Positions 23,321-34,460 of a DNA stretch of 64,000 nt are shown in pieces. This DNA is from Antechinus flavipes (Eukaryota): positions 29,946,001 to 30,010,000 of the forward strand of contig NC_067398.1 in NCBI RefSeq assembly GCF_016432865.1, given 5' to 3'. Within the stretch, counting starts at the first letter, position 1. Each line of letters begins with the position of its first letter. Position numbers and translations under genes: made by a program. The notes below the pieces were generated by a model. The model was not told where the DNA came from. It saw only the letters and a list, made by a program, of their open reading frames with translations, and ran no database searches.

Positions 23321-24370
23321 ACTGCCCCTTGATTAATAGAAAACAGGCTGGATTAGAGATCAGGGGAATAGGGATCTAATCCCAACTCTGTCACTAGCTA
23401 CCTCTATGAGCTTAGAGGTAGCTCATTTCAATTAAGTTGGAAACCCAATCAACACAATTTAATAAACTGTTCCATAGTGCAAGGTTCTGTGTTTGGCGAG
23501 CAAATACAAACATGGATTCAACCTGGTTCCTGCCTTTCAAAATACTTACAATCTATTGGTGGGGGGAAATGGCCAATTTTCAAAGTAATGCATATTATGT
23601 AGAATATGATTATATATTAGAAGGATAAAGGGCTAATTACAGTGACTAGAAGGGATGATGACTTCTTGAGTTCTTGGGATCTCATTTTTTTATCTTAAGA
23701 TGGACTGGACTAAATGGTGTCTAAGGTCGCTGTCAATGGGTTGACTATGATTTCTTCCACAATTGGCATATTTATCAGGGTTAGGGATTATTATCAAGTA
23801 GAGGTGGGAACCAACATTTGGAAGCTACTATTTGGGATGTTACCAGAAAAAAAAAAGTCTCTGCTGTCATCAAAAACAATCCTTCTATTAGAAAATATAG
23901 CCTCCGGATGCCCTCGCCACCGTTTTTTCTCTTTAAATGATCTTGTCAATTGCCTTTCTCATTATAAAGCAATCTTGCAAGTTCCATTAACGGGAATTGC
24001 CGGCTGTTTATCTCTCTCGTGGATGTAATGCTCAAGGAAGGGTGCCAGATTTGCCAAGGGGGCCACTTAAGAGCCTCTGTATCTCCAACTGTAAACCACA
24101 GAACAGGTAATAGTGGTAGTGAAGCCTTCTCTTGGGCACTCCACCACTGTGGCCCTGGATGACCCACCTCCCCTAAGAGTTAACCCTACTCCAGTCCTGT
24201 TTCCATTCTGACTGCAATCTTCCTACTAAAGTTCTGTTGAAAAAAGATTTGCCAATTGTGATACGGGCAGGTATCCATTTGGAACTCAACTAAAAATGTG
24301 GATTTAGTTTACAAAGACTCCGAAATAACCATCAGATGGCATTGGTTTTCAGTCTTTGTTGCTTTGTCAG

Positions 24371-24454
24371 GTTTCAAAAATGGAAGACCAGGGAACACAG
24401 TATTTCTCAAATCGGACATATGACCATCCTTGCTCAAGCTGAGAAAATATATAG
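24371..24454 (+). other. Candidate exon (84 nt), probably 5' leader; holds a 20-codon uORF (MEDQGTQYFSNRTYDHPCSS*)
   Basis: Acceptor ttttcagtctttgttgctttgtcag| and donor ATATAG|gtaaga. ATG at 24380 in AAAATGG context. Confidence 0.6.
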
Positions 24455-26088
24455 GTAAGAGAGGAAAATAAATGAGGAAAAATAATTTTACTTAAGATTG
24501 TGATTAAAGGGATGAATTCAAGTCAGAAAGGAAAACTAAAGATGAGAGATAATGCTATCTGTTGCTATTATTAATAATGATCAATATTGATAAACACATA
24601 AATCCTACAGTTCTCCTGAGTACTATTTTTTCATAAATCCATAGTCCAATGGATCTGTAATATCTAATTAATGTGGATTTTTTAAATGTGCAATGCAGAT
24701 TGCAACCTATCCATGCTGGTCATTCTGTATAAATGTAAAGTTCATATTATTCTACAAATCTACTACAGAGAGCTATCTCCTTAACATACTGTTTTCTCAG
24801 TTCTACTCAGTTTCTCTCCATGGTTTTCTCTTTTTTTTCCCCCTGCATGTTCATTTCTCTAATGACATCCTTCATACCATTTCTACATTTTTCCTTATTT
24901 GCAATATTTAGTGGTCTGCTGACTCCTATTATATCCCTTTCTACTGGTATTGGTTGAGCCTCACCTCCAGTTTTTTGGAGGTTGTGATGTTCCATGATTC
25001 AAAGCAATACAATGCTATAAGAATAATCAGATTAAAAAAAAAAAGTCTTTGTTTCAGGGAGAAATTTCAGGTCATTTAAAGAATTTTGTAATTTCCTAGA
25101 AACAATCATGTCTACTTCATCTTATTTCTAGACCCAACTTACCATGTGTAGAATAAATGTTTTACTGGAGAAGTTCCACGAACTCTATAATCCAACTGCT
25201 TTTCAGAGTATAGGCAAGTGACATTGTTCATCCACTTGGTTTTTCCTGCATGTGTGTTGTCAAATGTAAATTATGTCTGATATTAAGCCTAGAGGCTGAT
25301 TCACCTTCCAGCAATCATGTTGTCTAATTCCATTTTGAAACATTCACACAGATGTCATCTGCTTCTTGGAATGAGACTTTTATTTAAGCAAAGATTCTGC
25401 TTTGGGCCTGTCATTTGGGTGATACCCTCCCTCAGGCACTCATCCTCCAGAGAGGTAGTACAGCTGGTGTAATTCACAGCTCCAGGCTGGATTCAAACAT
25501 AGTTTTCCTCTTCACTCTTCCTCCAACTTGGGTGCTCAGTAGTGTAGCTTCCAAAGCAGCACCAGCTTTACCCCTAACTCAACCCATGTATCTGTGAACA
25601 CCCCCATTCATCACATTGACAATATGATAAAGAATCAGCCCATGATCCTAGATGTATGGAGTCCCATTATCAACTGGAATATTCTTTCTACTCTCTCTGC
25701 TTTCCACTGATTACAGTTCAGTCTGATCCAGGATAAACAGCAGCTCCCTCCTCCTATCTGGCAGATCTCAATGCTCTTAGCAGTAGAAATGTTAATATTC
25801 TTTTCCATTTGGTTCAACTATATCCCCTGAGAACTTAGATCAATAAAGTGAATATCAGCATCTTCAAGGCAAAATCTTTTTCATGCACAGGTCCCGGCAC
25901 ACAGGAATCACTTAATAAATGCTTGTTAAATGATTGGCACAGACCCCAAATGAACTCTCCCTTACCTTGAGTGTAGTATAAGCCATACTATCTAGGCTTG
26001 TCAGGATTCATTTTTCCTATTCACTGACAGAGGGGAAGAGAACTTTCCTCTGAACATAAAATAATGATTATTTTCATTTTTTCTTTAG

Positions 26089-26114
26089 AATTTCAAGTCT
26101 TAAAAAATGGAAAG
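26089..26114 (+). other. Candidate 26-nt microexon ending ATG GAA AG (possible start-codon exon)
   Basis: Acceptor ttttcattttttctttag| and consensus donor AAG|gtaagt. ATG at 26107 with A at -3 and G at +4. Confidence 0.65.
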
Positions 26115-27869
26115 GTAAGTACTTGATGTAGGCACTGTCACTTTAGCTTGATAGAATCAATTCTTTATCTCTTATTGTGCACTGGAGAATGACTTGGAAT
26201 AATCAATCAACAAGCATGTACTAAGTTCCTACTGTGGTAAGTACCTTGTAAAAAGACCAAAACAAACCAATTCTTGTCTTCAAGGATTTTTACATTCTTT
26301 TGGTAGAGATGACTTGTATTTGATCATAAATATAATCAGACTAGAACAAAGGCAAAAGGGTTTTGGGGTTTTTTTGGTGGGGAGGGAGGGAAGATATCAG
26401 TCAGTGAGAAGGGGGATCAGAAAATACTTCATGTGGAAGATTTCACTCATTTAAAATTTGAAGGAAACTTGGAATTTTGAGGTATGGAGGTGAAGGGAAG
26501 TATATGTTGGAAAGCTGGATAGATAGATCGGGATCGGGAGTTTCAATACCAAACAGAGGAGCTGATATCTATTTGATCCTAGATATAATAGTGAGCCATT
26601 GGGAATTTTTTTAGTCCAGTTGGGAGTATTATTTGATGAATCCTATATTTCAGGGAAATTATTTGACATCTGTGTTGAGGATGCATTGAGGTAAGAAGAG
26701 ATCTAAGGCAAGGAGATCAACAAGGGGGTAGGGCAATAATCCAGATCAAAGGATGCAGGGCCCTGAACTATGGTGCTGCCTTCATGGGCTGAGAGAAGAT
26801 GGTGGATGCAGGTGATGTTCTGAAGGTAGAATTGGCAAAATTTGGCATCTTACAGGACATGGGAGTGAGCTTACACTTTATGGTGGGCGGAGACTTGTTG
26901 GAAAGTCTGTGGAAGGACATGGACAAGAGCAGGAGATGAGGAGAGGAGGCTGATTTTTATCTATACTTTTAGAAAGGTGCCCATATCAATGAGATCACAG
27001 ATTCACCAAAGTCCTTCATTGAAAGACCGTATAGATTCCAAAGAACTCAGCTTTTCTGAGATCTGCCATTACCTGGTTGGTAGAAGAATCATAGGCCATG
27101 AACCCAGCTTTCTTTTATCATGGTGACCTTTGCTTCTGCTTTCCTTACCTGCTAACATTATTTTTAACCAACTTTCCTTGAACTTCCTGGATGTGGTCAC
27201 CAATTTATTCCACGATGGGATAAAACCATTTTCAAGCTTTTAAAAAAAATTAATCAAGAAAATCCCATTTTGGAGTTAATGGAATTGGGTTCTGGCTCTG
27301 CCACATAATAAACAATAACACTAGCATTTGTAAGGGGGGAGAAGTGCTTTATTGAATTTTAATGTCCCCATTTTGCAGATGAGGGAAACTTTGACAAACT
27401 CTACTAGACAACTTGCTTAAATTCACACAGTTTTTCTGAAGCTCCAGCTCAAGGTTTAGTGCTCCATACATTGTACCGTGTACTTGTCTATATGACTTCT
27501 ATAACTTCACAAAGTGAGGGAGATAATCCTCTGATTATCTCTGAATATCATATTCAGTGATCTCTGAATTTCTTTCTGGTTTTCCATCTATGATCCTCTG
27601 GTTTCTGAATTGTAAAAGTCCTATTTTATCATGTTGTCAAGGTAATTACCAGTTGTCAAAGAGTGTAAAATAACGATAGCTACCATTTACAGAAAACCTT
27701 AGGATTTACAAAGCACTTTACATAGATCATATCATTTGATGTTCACTACAACTTTGTGGAGTATGTCCAATCGTTATCCTCATTTTACAGATGAGACTGA
27801 GAACCAAAGAGGGCAAATGATGGTGATCCTGGCCAAGTTCTTAACCCAGTTTAATTCAGTTTCCTCATC

Positions 27870-27990
27870 TGTGCAATAGTAATAATAGCATTTATCTCCC
27901 AGGATTATTGTGAGGACCAAATAAGATAAATTACTGTTAAGTGTTTAGCACAGTGCCTGATATATAGTGAATTGTATATAAATATGTAAT
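27870..27990 (+). mobile_element. MIR tail
   Basis: atagcatttatctcccaggattattgtgaggaccaaataagataa...gtgtttagcacagtgcctg. Confidence 0.7.
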
Positions 27991-28135
27991 AGTAGTGGTG
28001 ATAGTAATGATAATCAGTGGTAGTAGTAGTAATAATAATAGCAGTAGTCATGATAGTAATAGGAGTAGTAGTGGTAGTAGTTATGGTGGCAGTGATGGTA
28101 GTAGTAGCAACAGAAGTAGTAATAGTACTTACTAG
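27988..28135 (+). repeat. Degenerate (TAG/TGG/TAA)n trinucleotide low-complexity tract
   Basis: Direct reading. It explains the poly-Thr ORF at 27905..28147. Confidence 0.9.
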
Positions 28136-28448
28136 TTGTACAATCACCTGGCCATCAGGTGAGAAACATTTTTGGTCCTAAGAACTCATGGAGTTAGCCT
28201 AATTATTCCATGTAGAAACTGCAGAAGTTGCCATCTGCATGGCAGAGGTAATACCTGCCCTGATGAACTCACAGCTCATGATAATAATAAAGACTGATAT
28301 TTTTTATGGAATCTCAAAGTTTACAAAGTCCTTTATATATATTATCTCATCAATCAGTTTGAATCATGGAAATCACGGACAACTTGGCAAAGGAATTTTA
28401 ACCTTGGAGACAAACCAAGATGGGACACAGAATATTCTCTGTGTTAGT

Positions 28449-28592
28449 AGAGTAATATATAATAGATTATATATAATAGAATAAAATAATAATAGAGTAA
28501 TATATAATAAAATAAAATAATAATAGAGTAATATATAATAGATTATATATAATAGAATAAAATAATAATAGAGTAATATAAAATAAAATAAT
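28449..28592 (+). repeat. AT-rich minisatellite (units start agagtaat; about 45, 31, 47 nt and a partial unit)
   Basis: Direct reading. Confidence 0.85.
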
Positions 28593-29942
28593 ACAGTAAA
28601 ACTACTCTGTTAACAGTGTGTCAAAGTAAAGGGAAAAAAAAAAAACTGATCTTTGAGGCAAAAGAAGTGCATTTGAGGACAAGGGTTGCTTAAGTTCTGG
28701 CTGGGATAATTCTAAGCTATGTGACCTCCTCTATGTCACTTTTTCTCATTGTTCTAGGCTTTGGCCCTGAGGATGAAAATGAGTTTTGTAAAAGAGTTGT
28801 AGTTAGTGAATGCTTACAGCATTGATCTTTATCCAGCATGTTTTAACTCACTTATGGGAAAAATTTTGCTTTTTTACTTTGACATCCTCAGGGGTGAAAA
28901 CAAAGAGGGAGAAATTGGGGCAATAAGAGGTCAAGGAACCACACACACCCCTCCAAAAAAAAACAACCCAAACCCTGAGGATTAATTGGCACATACAAAG
29001 CAGAATGAGGGACGAGTATGAGAAAAAGTATGAGCAGGGATGGCACCGGAGCCTCTGGCACAAGAAGGAAGTTTAGCCCCCTGCATGTGGCAAACTGGCG
29101 CCCCAAACTCTTGCCACTTCTCCCATTGTGATGGATGGGACTCTTGGGTCCCTCCTTATTCCATGTGGCAGCAGAAATGACAGATGATGAAAGATGCAGA
29201 TGGGATGAATGGAGTCTTTCCTAATTGGCTAGGGAGTTGAAAATATCGGAAGATTCCAGGCATAGAAGATACCCCCAAAGGGAAGGGAAGCCAGGTAGAA
29301 GAAGAAGGTTCTGTCTAGGGCAAAGCTAGAGAAAACCCATTGCCAGAAAGGCCAGGCCACACAAATGGGATATTTTGCCAGGCTACCAGAAGCTGGAGCC
29401 TCAGTTTTACAATCCAGGAAAATTGGATAATTTAATAAGAGCTCTAGAATTTATACAAGATTGACCAAGCATTTTGCGTATGTCATCTCATTCAAGTCTG
29501 ACAGCAATCCTGAGGGACTCTTGTATTTAGCTTTTAAAGCCCTATACAATCATGGCCCCACCCCTGGACTGTACTCCTTGTGCTGCATGCTGGGATCCAG
29601 CCAAGCTGATCTTCTCACTGTCCCTCACACATTTCTTCTTCTCCATTGTTGAAAAATCTTTCCTTCCTTCTCTCTGCCTTATGAAATCATTCTCTTCCTT
29701 CATGATGTAGTTCAAGTACCATTTTTGGAAGAAGAACTTTTCTGATTCCTCCATCAGTAACCTCCTGGTACCCCAAACAATTATATACACTATATACAAG
29801 TGAACTTTATAGTAATATAAACTTATATTTTACTATGTGCTTTTCTCTCCTACTAGAATATGAGCTCATTGCAAATGGAGAGTGCTTCATTTTTTGTGTC
29901 TCTATCCTCAATATAATGTTTGACATAAGCAAATGCTTAATA

Positions 29943-30812
29943 GTTTGATAGCCCTTTGCTTATATATGGTTCCATATTGCTTCCCAGAATGGTTGGATCA
30001 GTTCACAACTTCACCAACAATGTATTAGTATCCCAGTTTTCCCACATCCTCTCCAACATTTATCATTATTTTTTCCTGTCATTTTAGCCAATTCGAGAGG
30101 TGTGTAATGGTGTCTCAGAGTTGTCTTAATTTGTATTTCTCTCATCAAAAGTGATTTACAGCATTTTTTCATATGAAACTAGAAATGGATTTAATTTCTT
30201 CTTCTGAAAATTGTCTGCTTATATCCTTTGACCATTTATCCATTAAAGAATGGTTTGTATTCTTATAAATTTGAGTCAATTCTCTATATATTTTAGAAAT
30301 GAGGCCTTTATCAGAACTCTTGGATGTAAAAAATTTTTTCCCAGTTTAACTGCTTCCCTTCTAATCTTGTCTGCATTGGTTTTGTTTGTACAAAACTTTT
30401 CTAATTTAATATAATCAAAATAATCCATTTTGCATTTCATAATATACTCTAGTTCTTCTTTGGCCACAAATTTATTCCTTCTCTAGCTACAAATTCCTTC
30501 CATCTCCACAGATCTCAGAGATAGACTAACCTTTGTTCTTCTAATTTGCTTATAGTATCACCCTTTCTATATAAATCATGAAGCCATTTCAACCTTATTT
30601 TGGTATAAAGTGTTCCGTGTTAGTCAATGCCTGGTTTCTGCCATATTATTTTCTAATTTTCCCAGAAAATTTTGTCAAATAGGAGTTCTTATCCTAGAAG
30701 CTGGGATCTTTGAGTTTATCAAACACTAGATGACCATAGTCATTAACTATTGAGTCTTGTGAACCTAAACTGTCCCACTAATTGACTACTCTGTTTCTTA
30801 GCCAGTACCAAC
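29943..30812 (-). mobile_element. Internal L1 ORF2 fragment (degenerate)
   Basis: Reverse complement begins tggtactggctaagaaacag (WYWLRN) and runs through the ttctgataaaggcctcatttctaaaatatatagagaa and gtggggaaaactggga-like motifs. No 3' UTR. Confidence 0.85.
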
Positions 30813-32099
30813 AGTCTTTCATTTTTAGAAAGCTTCTCTTTATCTTCATATTTAGTCTCCAAAAATGATCCAGCAAATATCTCTTTAAAAGATCATTTTG
30901 GCTAATTCACAACTACTTACCAATCTTTATTCTTCTCAAAGCTTAGGAGACTTTGAAGTGAGAGGTTGTTAGGAAACAGATGTTAAAAGAACCGGTTGTT
31001 TGTTTTTATTCTGATTTTTTGATTTTAATCTTTTTTTCGTTTCCCAAGACTCAAAACAGATGTTTGTGACCTACAACCCACTTTTTAAAGTCAGTAAGCA
31101 CGGCCCCAAACTGTTGGGGGAGGAAACTCCTTCTCCCTGAGATGTTTGATGAGCTGGTAGATTCCTGAAAAAGTTGATTGTTGGTAAAGCATCCAAAGTT
31201 AGGCCTGAGACCTATTTCCAAGTGATTTTTTCTTACATAAGAGCCTCCTTCTTAAAGTAGTATCTTGCCCCTTATGCTCCCCCGCCCCCTCACCCTTTTA
31301 ACACGTTAGCCCAAACCTAGACTTCAAACACCCATGGTGAGGGCTCTCTAAGTTGTAATGGGGGGAACTATTTATAAACTCTGAATCTAGATATTATCTT
31401 TTCTCCTTTATAATTAGCCTTAAAGAAACAGACATTGGAGCTGTGTCCTTGACACCCACCCACTCCTTCAACCTCAAAACCTCAGGCCTCCATCTTAATT
31501 CCTGACATACCATTTATCTTCATTTATGCTGAACACACACTATGTAGGAGGGGGTACAACTGCCCCAGAGGTCTGAACCCCCAGTTATACCAGGTCTAAC
31601 AGTGCATTTGGAAATTTGCATGCTCAATGCCAATTCTCCTTGTTGATTTTTTAAAGGCAGGTTAAAATATTAATGGGAAATCAATGGGATTTGACTTCTT
31701 CAGTGAAAACCCCTGAGGCTGCTAAAGTGCCTTAAAGGAATCTACTGAGATTCCATTAGTGACCCTATAGTTCAGAGGAAGGCCTCCATTTGGTACCTGA
31801 GGAAGCCATGTAATTGTAGTTTGGAAAACTATGGTCTTAGTTACTCAGTGGTTCCCAGAAAGCCTAGAGTTGGACGTTTGTTTCACAGATTTTAGAGATC
31901 AATATGCACTCCCTTTAATGGAACACACTCTGTTATGTAATGATTCTCATTCCTGGGGGTCCAGCATAACCTAGTGGATTTGTACTTGGGAAGGTCCAGA
32001 TTCACATCCTGTCTCTGACGCTTACCTAACTGTGTAACCTGGTTGAGTCCTTTAAGTAGTTGCCATTTCCTTCAAGAAGGCTTTAACTCTTATTCCACT

Positions 32100-33165
32100 C
32101 CTTTTCTAGTCATACAGAGCTTTGAAAATATGCTTTCTGTCACTTTTTACCCAATGACTGATTTATCTGCCTCCCAATCCCCCTTAAGTGTGGCTATGCC
32201 CCAATGCTCCATCCTAGGCTTTTCTTTTCTTCTCTTTCTATACTTTTCTCCCCTATTTATTGCACCTATTTCCAAAAATTTAATAATCATTTTCACAACA
32301 AAGACTACAAAATCTCTATACTCAATTGTAGCCTTCCCTTTCACCTCCAGTTGGTTCCTAGACATCTCCATCTGGATGTTCTAGTCTTTCATCCAAAATC
32401 TGAGTTCATCACTTCCCACATTAACCCTCCTCCCTCTTTTTCTACTAGACTTCTGTTATTGATACTGCCTTTCTTTGAGTTAGTTACTCAGGCACTACAC
32501 TTTGGAGTCACCTCTGATGCTTTCATGCCCCTCACCCTCCCTATCCAATCTTTTGTCAAGTTCTAATAAATTCTCTCTTGATGATATCTCTCCAGTTTGT
32601 CCCTTCTCCCTGGTTCAGACCCACAGCACTTCTTTCCTGGGCTATTACGATAACCTCCTAAGGAGTCTCCTTGCTTCCAGTTTCTCCGCACTCCAAACCA
32701 TTCTCTTCCCAGCTGCCCAAAAAGGCTTCTTAAAACCCAGGTCTGATCCTTCTAGCTGCTCAAAAGCTTTCAGTGCTTCTCTCTTTCCAGCTTTATTTTA
32801 TGTAATTTCCTGTTAGGCACTCCATGTTTCAGCCAAACTGGATTGTTATTTATTTTTCAGATTTAACACTTCATATCTAATTCCCATGTTTTATTTATGC
32901 CCGTAACACACTCCCTCCTCATCTCTACCATTAAATTATTTTCCTTTTTCCAAGTTCATCTCAGCTACCATCCCCTTTCCTGATTTTCTCAGCATATAGC
33001 TCTATTCTTTCTTCTCTGTAAGACTCTTCCTTATTCCTGTGACAACTTAGTTCACTTTATATTTACCCATGAACAAGTCCTTCCCATGCCATTTTCCTAT
33101 AGAATAGAACTCCTGGAGATATAAATTGGGCCATTTATAATCTTGTTTATCTACAGCACCTACCA
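32100..33165 (+). mobile_element. L2 relic
   Basis: CT-rich sense L2 (ctagacatctccatctggatgttc, gggctattacgataacctcc). Confidence 0.7.
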
Positions 33166-33376
33166 TGTAGATACTATAGGTACTAGATAGACTGGATAGC
33201 ATCCCAGGCTTGGAGTCGGGAGGACTTGAGTTCAAATCCAACCTCATTTGCTTTAGTTTGCTCATCTATAAATTGAGATGGGGAGGGAAATGGCAAATCA
33301 TTCCAGTATCTTTGCCAAGAAAACCCCAAAGGCGGTCATGAAGAATCAAACATTACTGAAACAATTGAATAACAAG
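33166..33376 (+). mobile_element. Mar1-like SINE inserted into the L2 3' end, with 14-bp TSD
   Basis: tacagcacctacca at 33152-33165 and 33377-33390. Head, CORE and gaaatggcaaatcattccagtatctttgccaagaaaacccc tail present. Confidence 0.85.
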
Positions 33377-34229
33377 TACAGCACCTACCACAGTGTCTTG
33401 AATATAGGAAGTACTCAATAAATATTTATTAAACTGTATTGGATTGTGGTTTTTCCACAGCTTGAAAATGTGTCCTTTATTTGTTATTTGGATTCCCCTT
33501 TCCCCAACCTGTTCCACAGAACCTGACACAGAGTAAACTCTGAATAAATGCTTGTTGATTGTTGACTTCTCAAATAGATCTATAAATGTCAGTGTTAATT
33601 AACTCAACAAGCATTCACTAAGTGCCTTTTCTTTGTCAGACACAGTGCTAGGCACTGGATATACAAAGACAAAAATGGAATAGCTCCCCATTCCCTTTTA
33701 TTGGAAGGGGACGTTTATATAAAATATTTACAAAATAAATTGGAAATTTTCTACTAGCTATTAGTAGTTGGGAGAAGAGGAAGGAAGGCAATCCATGGGC
33801 ACAGTTTTGAAGCCAAGAAATTGTAAGAGGTCATGGTGAAGTGGTGGAAGTATGGAGATGAAAGATAGAAATTATGTGTACTGAACAAAAAAAAGTCCAG
33901 TTGATTGGCCCAGGAATTATAGAGAATAAGGTGGGAAATGTAGGTTGAGCTACATTGGAAAGAGCTTTAAATGTCCATTTATTTCTATCTAGCTTTATTT
34001 ACCTACCCTAATGTCTTTGAAGCATTTAATTCTCCCATCGCTTCTTCTTCTCTCTTCTTATTCCAACATCTTCCCTTGAAATCGACATAGTTATAGATGA
34101 GGGACATAATGATAGGAAATCAAAACAAGAATCCAGATGCTCACCTACTGAACAGACTTTCCTTAATCACATTTCTTTCAGTTTCTTCTCCAGAAAGTCA
34201 GTCTGCAGCTCAGTCTGCTATCATCTAGC

Positions 34230-34460
34230 CCTAACTGTGGGGAAACAGGCATCCAAAATTCTGCCAGAAGAGCTGGAGATTGTGCAACCTCCTTGGAAAG
34301 CAATATGGCAAAAGTGACATAAAACTGTTCGTAGCCTTTAACCCACTGATTCCACCGTTCAGTCTATACCCGAAGGATGTTATTAACGAGAAAAAAGGAC
34401 TATCTGTGCAAAAATATTTACAGCAGCATGATTTGGTGTAGTAAAAATCTGAGAACAACC
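34230..34460 (+). mobile_element. Old L1 ORF2 3' relic
   Basis: ccttggaaagcaatatggc...aaaggactatctgtgcaaaaatatttacagcagc. Confidence 0.6.

Noticed and set aside
27905-28147. Mucin-like poly-Thr ORF
   Set aside because: It is the translation of a degenerate trinucleotide tract attached to a MIR tail.
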